In this document: piece after piece, positions 25,466-34,845 of the stretch | Layout: each line of letters starts with the position of its first letter | Numbering within the stretch: position 1 is the first letter of the stretch | Source: a virus | Lineage: Duplodnaviria > Caudoviricetes | Direction: 5' to 3' (one strand) | Virus record (IMG/VR): IMGVR_UViG_3300009095_000021 | Location: 1-48,161 of that record | DNA: 48,161 bases | Position numbers and translations under genes: made by a program | The notes under the pieces: generated by a model | Told to the model about the DNA's origin: nothing | Seen by the model: the letters and a program-made list of their open reading frames with translations, nothing else | Database searches by the model: none

Positions 25466-25645
25466 ATGCAAACTTACTTCCAAGCCAAAGTGACCCTCAA
25501 CGGTGTAGCATACGAAGGCGATTGCCATAGCGGCGAAGCCTTCGCCATTCGCGCTCTGGTGACTGTTGTTGCTGAAGCCAAGGGCGTAACCTTCCTTGAA
25601 GCGGTTGACCTGCTGCGCGGTAAAGTCAACGTGGTAACTGTGTAA
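25466..25645 (+). CDS. Small early hypothetical protein
   Basis: Single gene between two promoter cassettes. Confidence 0.65.
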   Translation: MQTYFQAKVTLNGVAYEGDCHSGEAFAIRALVTVVAEAKGVTFLEAVDLLRGKVNVVTV

Positions 25646-25650
25646 AGAAT

Positions 25651-25752
25651 CCGACGAACGGTAGCATTTTTGTCGAAGAAAAAGGTGGACAGCCCTGTCG
25701 AAGTAAACTAACATTTGCTTCACAGGGCGCGGTGCCCTACTCAACTGGAGAA
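25651..25752 (+). promoter_or_regulatory. Early promoter cassette 4: GACGAACGGT, TGGACA-N17-TAACAT, stem-loop, RBS
   Basis: Near-direct repeat of 25361-25461. Confidence 0.8.
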
Positions 25753-25757
25753 ACATC

Positions 25758-26186
25758 ATGGCTTACACAACTTTTGACTTCAACGCTGCCGCTGCTGCCT
25801 ACCAAATGGAGTTGGCCGGTCTTATGACCACCGTGGTAAAGGTCAAAACCGCCCGTTGGTTGTTGTGTAAGCAGGATGGTACTGTAGTTGCCTCGAAGCG
25901 TTCCGAAGCTGAGGTGCTGGCCGTAGCTGCTAAAATCGAAGAGCGCCGTGACGCTGGCAACCTGCACGGCTTTCGCTTCGGCGCTCGCGTCAACAGCAGC
26001 ATCGTAACCGGCTACGCTACCGCCGTCTGGGGTGAGCGCTTCGCCTACGAAAACATTGAGTTCGATGGCCATTACTGGTGGGGTGACATCGTTTGCGCTG
26101 AGTCAGGCAAGCGCGCTGAGCACCTGCGTATGGACTACCACATTAACTACGAACGCCTCCCGGAGTTCGCAGCCAAGGCCGCCTAA
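25758..26186 (+). CDS. Early hypothetical protein
   Basis: 142 aa ORF after the cassette RBS. Confidence 0.7.
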   Translation: MAYTTFDFNAAAAAYQMELAGLMTTVVKVKTARWLLCKQDGTVVASKRSEAEVLAVAAKIEERRDAGNLHGFRFGARVNSSIVTGYATAVWGERFAYENIEFDGHYWWGDIVCAESGKRAEHLRMDYHINYERLPEFAAKAA

Positions 26187-26212
26187 GGGCGGCTTTACCT
26201 TTGGAGCGCTAC

Positions 26213-26824
26213 ATGAACCAACTTGACCTGTATGATGACGACGCGCTGTCGTTGGACGGTGATGTACTGGACTTGGGCAGTGATGACCTTCTGGACTTGG
26301 ACGGCCTTGGCGGTGACGACCTGCTGTCGCTTGGTGACGACGAACTGGCGTTCAGCGAAAAGCTGGTGCCCATCGTACCGAGTAAGACTGAGCAACTGGC
26401 CGTGTGCCTGCGCGTTGAGCGGCTGTTGAAGGCCAAAAAGATTAGGACGCTGCCGTATGAGGGCGTCATACCTGAGCAAGAGCTTTGGGATTTGGGTGAC
26501 GTGTTTGACTTCTGGCTGTCCAAGCACCGCCGCGACAAAAACACGCATGCGCTTGAAGTGGCCTACTGCTGCGCCAGCCGCCTGTTGACCGGGCTGCAGC
26601 ACGTCAAAGTAAGCTGCGCCCTGTTTCCCGGCCGAGTCCTTAAAGGTGAAGTAATTGGGGCCGATTCGCAAGACGCCGCCCGCGTTATGGTCACGCTGCC
26701 GTTCGACAATGGTAAAGTGCGTAGCAATATCCTTGGCGGTGGCCTGCGCCATAGTCGCCTTGTGTGGTTCCACACGCCAACAGGCCGCCCGCTTGACGCG
26801 GCTGAGCCGTTTGCTATGATCTAG
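26213..26824 (+). CDS. Hypothetical protein with Asp/Leu-rich acidic N-terminus
   Basis: GGAG RBS; LDLYDDDALSLDGDVLDLGSDDLLDLDGLGGDD. Confidence 0.7.
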   Translation: MNQLDLYDDDALSLDGDVLDLGSDDLLDLDGLGGDDLLSLGDDELAFSEKLVPIVPSKTEQLAVCLRVERLLKAKKIRTLPYEGVIPEQELWDLGDVFDFWLSKHRRDKNTHALEVAYCCASRLLTGLQHVKVSCALFPGRVLKGEVIGADSQDAARVMVTLPFDNGKVRSNILGGGLRHSRLVWFHTPTGRPLDAAEPFAMI

Positions 26825-26850
26825 ACAACCGTAAGCCGCAACCCTATAAT
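26822..26850 (+). promoter_or_regulatory. Sigma70-like promoter TAGACA-N17-TATAAT for the packaging/structural operon
   Basis: Perfect -10 box and 17 bp spacer. Confidence 0.7.
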
Positions 26851-26883
26851 CCCCGAAAGCTATATAGTTTCCGGGGATTTTTA

Positions 26884-27270
26884 ATGGCTGGCAAAGAAGC
26901 GATAGACGAAGTTTGCAGGGCGAAAGGAGCGCCGGAACCGTTAGAGTTCCTGGCCTCACTCGCTGCTGGCGTTGATCCACGCACGCTTTCTGACGTTTAT
27001 ATTGTGGCGCAGCAAATCGAAGATGACAACTTTGGTGACCCGCCCACAACTGAACAATGGGAAGAGCTGCTAGCAATTATCGAACGCGACTACAAACAAG
27101 CGCCTGTGCCGCTCGGCATATCGAAGGCCGCCGCTACCACCCTGGCAGAGTACCAACACCCCAAGCGTAAATCGATTGAGCTTGCTGTGAACGGCCCCGC
27201 TGCGTCGATACCGCCGCTGACTGCCGAGGAACTTGACCTGTTCGAGGAATGGTTCAATGGGCAGTTTTAA
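26884..27270 (+). CDS. terS: Putative terminase small subunit
   Basis: Directly upstream of and overlapping terL; PLEFL...AAATTLAEYQHPKRKSIE pattern. Confidence 0.65.
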   Translation: MAGKEAIDEVCRAKGAPEPLEFLASLAAGVDPRTLSDVYIVAQQIEDDNFGDPPTTEQWEELLAIIERDYKQAPVPLGISKAAATTLAEYQHPKRKSIELAVNGPAASIPPLTAEELDLFEEWFNGQF

Positions 27271-28819
27271 GGACATTGCCAACACGCCAATGGAGCAGCT
27301 ACCCCCCGAGCTGCAGATTCAGTTTAAGCGTATCCTGCGCGAGTACGTCAAGCGCGACGGCAACGCCTTTGACCGGTACTTCTTTAAGGCGCGCGAAGGC
27401 AGCAAGTGGATTGCCAACAAGCACCATGAGCTAATGGACGCCACCCTTGAGCGGGTGTTCGCTGGCGAGATTAAGCGCCTGATAATCAACATCCCGCCTG
27501 GGTACACAAAGACGGAAAAGGCCGTAATCAACTTTACCAGTCGCGGTATGGCTAAGAACCCCAAGGCCAAATTCATCCATGTGGCCTACGCCGATGACTT
27601 GGCGCTGCTCAACTCGCAAGTAATCCGCGACCAAGTATGCTTGCCCGAGTACCAAGAGCTGTTTCCCATGGCCGTCCGTGAGGATATGTCTGCCAAGAAA
27701 CGCTGGTTTACAGAACAGGGCGGCGGTATGATGGCCGTGGCGGCGGGTGGTTCCATTACCGGGTTCCGCGCTGGGCGCATGACCAAGGGCAATTTCACTG
27801 GCGCGTTCATCATCGATGACCCGATTAAACCGGATGACGCGTATTCAGCGGCCAAGCGTAACCGAGTCAACAACCGCTTCAACAACACCATTAAGTCACG
27901 CTTGGCGGTGGAAGACGTGCCCATTATTGTTATCATGCAGCGGGTACATGAGGACGATCTTTGCGGTTTCCTGCTTACCGGGGGCAGTGGCGACGAATGG
28001 CACCACCTTGTGCTGCCGGCCCTCATTGAAGAAAAGAAACCGCCCTACCCGACTAAGTACACGCACGGCATACCGATTGAGTATGACTTTGAACCCGGTG
28101 CGCTTTGGGAGTTTAAGCACAGTGAAGAGCAGCTGCGCCAAATGGCGATTGCTGACCCTTACACCTACGCCAGTCAGTACGCGCAGCGGCCTTCACCGTT
28201 GGGCGGCGGCATGTTCCGCGACCATTGGTGGAAGTTTTATTCGCTCAACCCAACGGACTACGGCGGCACCTACCCGGCGCGCCCACACGACATTAGCGCC
28301 CGTTGGATTTACGGCGACACCGCGCAGAAGACAGCTGAACGCAACGACTACAGCGTGTTTCAGCTGTTCGGTTACAGTCCGTCGAAAGGCATTTTCCTTG
28401 AGGATCAGGTGCGCGGCAAATGGGAAGCCCCTGAGCTTAAGCGCAACCTGCTGGCGTTCTGGAACAAACACAAGAACGCCACGGCGGAAAACAACTTTGT
28501 ACCGGCGCGCGGCGTCAAGATCGAAGACAAATCCAGCGGGTCTTCACTGATACAGGACTTGCAGCGCAAGACCTTCATACCAGTGGAAGCCGTGCAGAAA
28601 AACAAGGACAAGGTGTTCGAGGCGGTTGGCGTAATACCACAAATCGCGGCCGGCAACGTATGGCTGCCAATGGACGCCCCGTTCATCAGCGACTACCTGC
28701 ATGAATTCAACTCTTTCACCCCGCTCATGACGCACCTCCACGATGACCAAATTGACCCAACGATTATGGCGATTAAGGACATGCTCATAAACCGTTCTCA
28801 CTTTTACGATGGCTTTTGA
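27257..28819 (+). CDS. terL: Terminase large subunit
   Basis: INIPPGYTKT Walker A, IIDDPIK Walker B, IMQRVHEDD, DTAQK...NDYS, IEDKSSG, HDDQID. Confidence 0.95.
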   Translation: MGSFKDIANTPMEQLPPELQIQFKRILREYVKRDGNAFDRYFFKAREGSKWIANKHHELMDATLERVFAGEIKRLIINIPPGYTKTEKAVINFTSRGMAKNPKAKFIHVAYADDLALLNSQVIRDQVCLPEYQELFPMAVREDMSAKKRWFTEQGGGMMAVAAGGSITGFRAGRMTKGNFTGAFIIDDPIKPDDAYSAAKRNRVNNRFNNTIKSRLAVEDVPIIVIMQRVHEDDLCGFLLTGGSGDEWHHLVLPALIEEKKPPYPTKYTHGIPIEYDFEPGALWEFKHSEEQLRQMAIADPYTYASQYAQRPSPLGGGMFRDHWWKFYSLNPTDYGGTYPARPHDISARWIYGDTAQKTAERNDYSVFQLFGYSPSKGIFLEDQVRGKWEAPELKRNLLAFWNKHKNATAENNFVPARGVKIEDKSSGSSLIQDLQRKTFIPVEAVQKNKDKVFEAVGVIPQIAAGNVWLPMDAPFISDYLHEFNSFTPLMTHLHDDQIDPTIMAIKDMLINRSHFYDGF

Positions 28820-28830
28820 GGGCTACTGCA

Positions 28831-30288
28831 ATGAAAACAGGCACCAATGTAATGCCAATGCACGGCGTCCGCGCTGGCAAGGTGGAGCGCATGGATCAGG
28901 GGTTTTTCCATTCGCTAGACGCGCTGCAGAACTTTATGGCCAACTTTGGCACCGGTTCCGACAAGCGCATGCACACCGAGTACACCGAGCAGTACCAGCT
29001 TGACCCGCGCACGCTGGAGGCGTTGTACATTGAAAACTGGCTGGCCGGCAAAGTCGTGGATATTGTCCCTGACGATATGACCCGCGAATGGCGGTTGCTG
29101 GACTCTTCGATTGACCCAAAGCGCAAGGAAGAGTTTATTCAGTTTGAGACTGACCTGGGCGTTGCGGCCAAGTTCAATGAGGCCAGTAAGTGGGCGCGGC
29201 TGTACGGCGGTTCTGCAATTATCCTGGGCATTGACGAAGCCCAAGGCGGCCCGGCTGACAGGCCGCTTAACGTTGACCGCCTGGGCAAAAACTGCCTTAA
29301 CCACCTGACCGTTATCGAATGCGAGCGGCTGCAAGCGGTGCCTGACCGCATGGTACTTGACCCAACCCAGCCAGGGTTTGGCGAGCCTGAATATTTCATG
29401 GTGCCCGGTAGCGCCATGCACATCCACCGCAGCCGCATTTTGCCGTTTTACGGGCTGAAGCTGCCGTACTTCACCCGGCAACGCCAGAAGTTTGCGTATT
29501 GGGGTGCGTCGGTGCTGCGCCGTGTATATGAGTCCATTGTCAACGCCGACATGACTAGCGCGGGCGCGTCGTCGCTTGTGTCTGAGGCGTCGGTTGACGT
29601 GATTAAGTACAAGGGGTTGACCAACTTCCTAATGCAGCCAGGCGGTGAAGAGAAAATTCAAGCCCGTTTTGCGCTGGCCAAGCTGCTGAAGTCGGTCAAC
29701 AACGTGTTGCTGCTGGATGAGGATGAAACCTTTGAGCAGCACCAGCAGACCTTTAGCGGTCTTGGTGATTTGCTTGACCGCTTCCTGGGCGTTGTAGCTG
29801 GCGCTGCTGATATTCCGGCCACCCGCTTTCTGGGCAGTGCCGCCAAGGGCTTGAACGCCACTGGCGAAGGCGACATGAAAAACTACTATGACAACGTGCG
29901 GGCTGGGCAGGTGCGGGAGTACAACCCCAACCTGCGCGTGTTGGACAAGATTTTGCAGCGTTCGCTTTGGGGCCAAGAGCTGCCTGACTGGAATTATGTG
30001 TGGGCCAGCCTGTTCCAGCTGTCGGAGAAAGAACAGGCCGAAATGGAAAACAGCCGCGCCACTCGCGACAAAGCGTACCTGGAAACCGGCGTTGTCGACG
30101 AAATGGTTGTGGCCAAACAGCTGTATGAGGACGGCACCTACACCAACATTGATCAGGAGTATCTTGACAAGCTGCAAGCGGCCATGGACGAAGCCGAAGA
30201 GCTGCAGAAGCAAAATCCAATGGGGTTGCCAGCCGACGCGCTGGAGCTTCCAGAGGAAGACGATGTGCTATCGCTTGAGGCTGCGTAA
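28831..30288 (+). CDS. Portal protein (DUF1073-type)
   Basis: LY..NWLAGKVVDIVPDDMTREW, WARLYGGS, IHRSR, AADIPATRFLG, NYYD; position after terL. Confidence 0.88.
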   Translation: MKTGTNVMPMHGVRAGKVERMDQGFFHSLDALQNFMANFGTGSDKRMHTEYTEQYQLDPRTLEALYIENWLAGKVVDIVPDDMTREWRLLDSSIDPKRKEEFIQFETDLGVAAKFNEASKWARLYGGSAIILGIDEAQGGPADRPLNVDRLGKNCLNHLTVIECERLQAVPDRMVLDPTQPGFGEPEYFMVPGSAMHIHRSRILPFYGLKLPYFTRQRQKFAYWGASVLRRVYESIVNADMTSAGASSLVSEASVDVIKYKGLTNFLMQPGGEEKIQARFALAKLLKSVNNVLLLDEDETFEQHQQTFSGLGDLLDRFLGVVAGAADIPATRFLGSAAKGLNATGEGDMKNYYDNVRAGQVREYNPNLRVLDKILQRSLWGQELPDWNYVWASLFQLSEKEQAEMENSRATRDKAYLETGVVDEMVVAKQLYEDGTYTNIDQEYLDKLQAAMDEAEELQKQNPMGLPADALELPEEDDVLSLEAA

Positions 30289-30291
30289 GCC

Positions 30292-31212
30292 ATGCGCGCC
30301 CCTAAAGCCGGCCGGCTGACCCGGTCACAGAAAATAGCCGAAGCGCGAGGCAGCCGCGACGGGGTTAAGGTCGTCAAGGGCGTGCCGGCCGACCCCGCTA
30401 CTGAGGCATGGTACACGCGCCAATTGACCACGTTTGTTGCTGCCATGCGCCGTGACATTGAAAAGGTACTGGTGGCGCAGGTACGGCAAAAGGAAGAGCT
30501 GTTTACCAAGGACTCGAAGCGCGCCCGTATTGTACTGGCTGTACTTGACAGCTTTGTTGACGACTTTGCTGCCAGCATAAAGCTGTTGCGCGACCGTTGG
30601 ACGCTGGGCAATCTTGCGGCGCTGCGCCTTGCCAGCGGCTTTGTTGGGCGCATGGACGCAGCTACAAAGGCCAAGTTGGAAAAGGGGGTCGGCAAGGCCA
30701 TGGGCGTTGATGTGGCCCAAATCGCAAAGAGCGAAGGGTTGACGACCGCGTTGGACGCTTCGATACGCAGCAATGTTCAGCTGATTCAGTCGATACCTGC
30801 TGAGTACCTGGACAAAATCGAACGAATCATCAACACCGAAACCATAAAGCGCCGGTCGGGCACCAGCATCATTGAGCAAATCCGGGCGGTGTACCCAGTC
30901 ACAGAAAACCGCGCCCGCTTTATTGCGCGTGACCAGTCGGCCAAGGTCAACGGTGATATCACGCGAGAACGCCAAACCGCTACCGGCGTCCGTGGGTACC
31001 GCTGGCGTACTGTTGGTGATGGTGCGGTACGCGAGTCGCACAAAGAGCGCAACGGCAAGGTGTACGCCTGGAACCCCGAAGACGTTGGCAAGCGCCTTGA
31101 CAGCGGTGAGGTGATGCTTGACCCCGAGGCTGATGACATAGGCCACCCCGGTGAAGACTACCAATGCCGCTGTGAAGCTGAGGCCATTCTTGAGCTGGAC
31201 AGGCTTATATAG
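30292..31212 (+). CDS. Head morphogenesis protein (Mu gpF / SPP1 gp7 family)
   Basis: RARFIARDQ, YRWRTVGDGAVRESH, HPGEDYQCRC. Confidence 0.9.
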   Translation: MRAPKAGRLTRSQKIAEARGSRDGVKVVKGVPADPATEAWYTRQLTTFVAAMRRDIEKVLVAQVRQKEELFTKDSKRARIVLAVLDSFVDDFAASIKLLRDRWTLGNLAALRLASGFVGRMDAATKAKLEKGVGKAMGVDVAQIAKSEGLTTALDASIRSNVQLIQSIPAEYLDKIERIINTETIKRRSGTSIIEQIRAVYPVTENRARFIARDQSAKVNGDITRERQTATGVRGYRWRTVGDGAVRESHKERNGKVYAWNPEDVGKRLDSGEVMLDPEADDIGHPGEDYQCRCEAEAILELDRLI

Positions 31213-31293
31213 TCTTTTACGTGCGTAGTTAACGCCTGACTTCAACAATGCGGCAACGTTATAATCGACGCAAGCACACCGGAGTGGTTTACT

Positions 31294-32472
31294 ATGGATT
31301 TTCAGGTACTCGACAAATCGTATTCAGCGGGCACAAAGCGCACCTACACTGAGCAGGGCTACTTGCTTATTAAGGACTGCATTTTGGCCCGTTCTGGCGT
31401 GCTGGAATACAACGCTTCAGACTTCCAGCCGCGTGCCTACAACGACCGCCAACCCCATGACGTTATTGTGGCATATCGGTCGGCTGACAGCATTCGCGCA
31501 GCTGCCGCCAAGTTCTCGGGCGCGCCGCTGACCAACGACCACCCGGTTGTGATGTTGGACGCGCTGAACACCAGCAAGTACCAGACCGGCCACGTCAATG
31601 GTGATGTGCGCGTTGAGCCTGACCCAGAAGACCCAGACGAAGTTGTAATGGTGGGCGACATTCTGGTGACGGATGCCACCGTAATTGAAAACGTCGACAA
31701 AAAGCGCACTGAGGAACTGTCCAACGGCTACTACAGCCGCTACGACTTCGAGCCGGGGGTTTCGCCCACTGGCAAGCGCTACGACTGCGAACAGCTCGCG
31801 CTGCGCCCTAACCACGTAGCCGTTGTCAAAGCAGGCCGTAACGGCCCGCTGTGTAAAGTGTCTGATTCCATTACAGACAATCCAACCAAACCGCAAGAGG
31901 AAACCCCTATGTCCACTGTGACTATCAACGGCGTGTCGTATGAGGCGTCTGAACAAGTGGTGCAGGCGGTTGCGCAGCTGCAAGCTGAACTGGCTACCTG
32001 CCAATCGCAATTGCCGACCCCCGAGGACGAAGCCGCCGCCGCTACTGCCGCTGCTGCTGCTGCTACTGAGATGGAAGCGCTGCAAGCCCAGGTCGCTGAA
32101 GCTACCGCCGCTACCGCGCCCGAGGCCATGGACGCTGCTGTTGAAGAGCGTGCTGAAGTGCTGGACGCCGCGCGTAAGCTGATCCCGAACTTCGATAGCA
32201 AAGGCAAGAGCAATGACGTCATTCGTATGGAAGTCGTCAAGGCCCGCTGCCCTGAGCTTACCAACCTGGACAAGCGCCCGGCTGAGTACATTGCCGCACG
32301 CTTCGACGCGTTGAAAGCCACACCGAAGGGCCAAAGCACGCTGGACAGCGCGTTGAGCCAGAGCATTGCCAACAAGGACAAGGCACGCGACGGCGAATTG
32401 GCCAACGTGGACGCGGCCCGCGAAAAGGCCATTGAACGTCGTGGCGGTGCCTGGAAGAAACCGGCCAAGTAA
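31294..32472 (+). CDS. Capsid maturation/scaffold protein (DUF2213-type)
   Basis: GYL...ARSGVLEY, PLTNDHP, ELSNGY, NHVAVVKAGRNG, coiled-coil C-terminus. Confidence 0.85.
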   Translation: MDFQVLDKSYSAGTKRTYTEQGYLLIKDCILARSGVLEYNASDFQPRAYNDRQPHDVIVAYRSADSIRAAAAKFSGAPLTNDHPVVMLDALNTSKYQTGHVNGDVRVEPDPEDPDEVVMVGDILVTDATVIENVDKKRTEELSNGYYSRYDFEPGVSPTGKRYDCEQLALRPNHVAVVKAGRNGPLCKVSDSITDNPTKPQEETPMSTVTINGVSYEASEQVVQAVAQLQAELATCQSQLPTPEDEAAAATAAAAAATEMEALQAQVAEATAATAPEAMDAAVEERAEVLDAARKLIPNFDSKGKSNDVIRMEVVKARCPELTNLDKRPAEYIAARFDALKATPKGQSTLDSALSQSIANKDKARDGELANVDAAREKAIERRGGAWKKPAK

Positions 32473-32521
32473 CCCACCCATCCACCAACTGACCAAACAC
32501 ATTTTGTTCAAGGAGTCTTAA

Positions 32522-32989
32522 ATGACTGTTCAACTCAGCTATACCAAGACTATGCGCCCTGCGCTCAATGGTCAAGTGGCTTGGGATTTTGGCACCGCCG
32601 ACATTTCCAGCGCCAACGTGGCTGCCGCTAGCATCGGCTTTGGCGTTGCAGCCGTTAAGGGCGCAGGTTCGCGCACCGTAATCGCCGGTAACGTTAGCGT
32701 GCTCGGCTGGACTGTTCGTTCGCTGATGAGCCAGCATTCCATTAACAACGCCGTCGAAGCCTATGGCGAAAAGGAAACCGCTGCCATCATCCGTGAGGGT
32801 TATGTGTTCGTCCTCAACTCCAGCCCTACCGCTGTCGTCGAAGGCGCAGCTGTTTACGTCAACGCAGCGGGCCTGCTGGTGAACACGGGTGACTTGGGTT
32901 CGGCCATTGTGCCGGGCTGCCGTGTTGAACGCGGTGCTGCGTCGGGCGCTATGTGCCTGTTGCGCGTCCAAACCAGCATCCCGGCTTAA
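32522..32989 (+). CDS. Capsid decoration/cement protein
   Basis: Position between scaffold and major capsid; IGFGVAAV, GYVFV motifs. Confidence 0.7.
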   Translation: MTVQLSYTKTMRPALNGQVAWDFGTADISSANVAAASIGFGVAAVKGAGSRTVIAGNVSVLGWTVRSLMSQHSINNAVEAYGEKETAAIIREGYVFVLNSSPTAVVEGAAVYVNAAGLLVNTGDLGSAIVPGCRVERGAASGAMCLLRVQTSIPA

Positions 32990-33032
32990 CGGCCGCTGCT
33001 AACTTCTTCCATTCCAAATAGCGAGAATCACT

Positions 33033-33959
33033 ATGGAATTTCGTAACCTGGACGCTGATGGCAGTGTCTTCTTCAAACGCGAACTGGAACACATCAAAGC
33101 GCAGTCGTATGACGTGGCCTACCAAGACCTTATGGCGCGCGAGCTGTTCCCCACCTCCAACGAAGCCGGCGCACACGCGGAAATCATCACCTACCGTTCG
33201 TATGACCGTGTAGGTATGGCGCAGATCATTTCCAGCTACGCCAAAGACCTGCCGCGCGCTGACGTAACCGGCAAGGAAATTACCAGCCCGGTTCGTATCA
33301 TCGGTCTGTCGTTCGGCTACACCATCGGTGAAGTTTTGGCGTCTCAAGCCACTGGCAAGAGCCTGGAACAGCGCCGCGCCAACGCTGTGCAGCGCGGCAC
33401 CGAAGAAACCATCGACCATATTGCTTGGTACGGTGATGCTGCAACCGGCCTGCCGGGCTTCCTGACGAACGCCAACATTCCTAACGGTGCGGTGGCCCCC
33501 GGTGTCAGCACTGATACCGAATGGGATACCAAGACCCCGGCGGAAATCCTGGAAGACGTCAACGACCTGTTCGGCACTACTTACGCTGTGACGCGTAAGA
33601 AAGAGCGCCCGAACACGCTGCTGTTGCCGGTTAAGCAGTGGAATTACATCATGTCCACCCCGCGTTCGGATAACTCCGACACCACGATTGCCCAGTATCT
33701 GGTTACGAACAGCCCGTTCCTTACCAGCCTGGAAGATATCGTGGCAGTACCTGAGCTGGAAGGCGCAGGCACTGGCGGCGCTGACATGATGGTCGCCTAC
33801 GACAAGAACCCTGACAAGCTGACCATGGAAGTTCCTTTGGAACTGCAGTTCCTGCCTGTGCAGGAAATTGGCTTGGCTTTCGAGGTTCCGAGCTGGGCTA
33901 AAACGGGCGGCACCATCGTGTACTACCCGCTGTCTGTGCGCTTCGCCTACGGGATTTAA
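33033..33959 (+). CDS. Major capsid protein (DUF2184 / encapsulin-like HK97 fold)
   Basis: DLPRAD, IAWYGDAATGLPGFLT, PNTLLLP, GGTIVYYP; terminator follows. Confidence 0.9.
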   Translation: MEFRNLDADGSVFFKRELEHIKAQSYDVAYQDLMARELFPTSNEAGAHAEIITYRSYDRVGMAQIISSYAKDLPRADVTGKEITSPVRIIGLSFGYTIGEVLASQATGKSLEQRRANAVQRGTEETIDHIAWYGDAATGLPGFLTNANIPNGAVAPGVSTDTEWDTKTPAEILEDVNDLFGTTYAVTRKKERPNTLLLPVKQWNYIMSTPRSDNSDTTIAQYLVTNSPFLTSLEDIVAVPELEGAGTGGADMMVAYDKNPDKLTMEVPLELQFLPVQEIGLAFEVPSWAKTGGTIVYYPLSVRFAYGI

Positions 33960-33967
33960 GCGCAAAC

Positions 33968-34000
33968 CTCCCTTTGGCCTTCGGGCCAAAGGGCTTTTTC
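33968..34000 (+). terminator. Rho-independent terminator after the capsid gene
   Basis: CCTTTGGCC-TTCG-GGCCAAAGG then CTTTTT. Confidence 0.85.
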
Positions 34001-34019
34001 TACTGTTGAGGGTTTCATC

Positions 34020-34382
34020 ATGGCTGGCATTCAAAACAACGCTGCACGTCAAATTGACCTCCGGGGCCGCCGCCCTGGCCAAATCGGGGCGAATGCAATC
34101 TGCTGCATTACGCTCAACCCAGGCTTCAACGTGGTGGAAGACGCCGACCTTGACCTGTGCCTGAAAAACCGCCACGTAACCACGCTCATTGACGCCAAAG
34201 TCATTGTGGTGGGCGTGCGCCGCACCCGCCTGGACGAAGCGCTCCAGCGTGATGTGGACAAAGTTGGTATCGACCCTAAAGAGCTGCGCAAGCCGGCTCA
34301 TGCTGCCTCGCTGGCCCCCGGCCACGGCATTGCGTCGGGCTTGGAAATGGATACCCCGGCCGGTGACGCGCTGGAACTGTAA
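34020..34382 (+). CDS. Hypothetical virion protein
   Basis: ORF between capsid and head-tail adaptor genes. Confidence 0.65.
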   Translation: MAGIQNNAARQIDLRGRRPGQIGANAICCITLNPGFNVVEDADLDLCLKNRHVTTLIDAKVIVVGVRRTRLDEALQRDVDKVGIDPKELRKPAHAASLAPGHGIASGLEMDTPAGDALEL

Positions 34383-34394
34383 GGAGCGCCACCC

Positions 34395-34844
34395 ATGGCC
34401 AATATAACCGTTGAGCAATTCCGCCTGCGCCTGCGCGAGTTTGCAGACGCAACCGCGTGGCCTGATACACTGATACAGATGCACATTGACGACTCAGCAG
34501 CCGAGGTTGATTTTTCGCTGTTTGAGCTGCGTGCTGTTCGCGGTCAAAGCCTTTGGGTGGCCCACCACTTGACCCTGGACGAACGCAACGCTCAGGCGGC
34601 AGCAGGCGGCGCGGCCGGTGAACCTACCCGCCTGTTGGCGGGCCAGTCAGAGGGTGACACCAGCGAGTCGTATGTAGCGCCCGCCTCGCGCAGCGCTTTC
34701 GATGACTTCTACAACCAAACCGGCTACGGCCAGCAATGGCTTGCTATGTACAAGTTCATCGTGCCGGGCGTCACCAATACAGGCGGCGTGGTGCTGCCAA
34801 TGCCACAACGGTTCCGCCCTGGGCCGTTTGGGCGCGGGCGCTGA
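34395..34844 (+). CDS. Head-tail adaptor (DUF4054-type)
   Basis: FR...EFAD...WPD, LWVAHHL, FYNQTGYGQQW. Confidence 0.8.
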   Translation: MANITVEQFRLRLREFADATAWPDTLIQMHIDDSAAEVDFSLFELRAVRGQSLWVAHHLTLDERNAQAAAGGAAGEPTRLLAGQSEGDTSESYVAPASRSAFDDFYNQTGYGQQWLAMYKFIVPGVTNTGGVVLPMPQRFRPGPFGRGR

Positions 34845-34845
34845 A

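Noticed and set aside
33193-33202. Fifth AlgR-like box (ACCGTTCGTA)
   Set aside because: One mismatch, inside the capsid coding sequence and with no adjacent promoter
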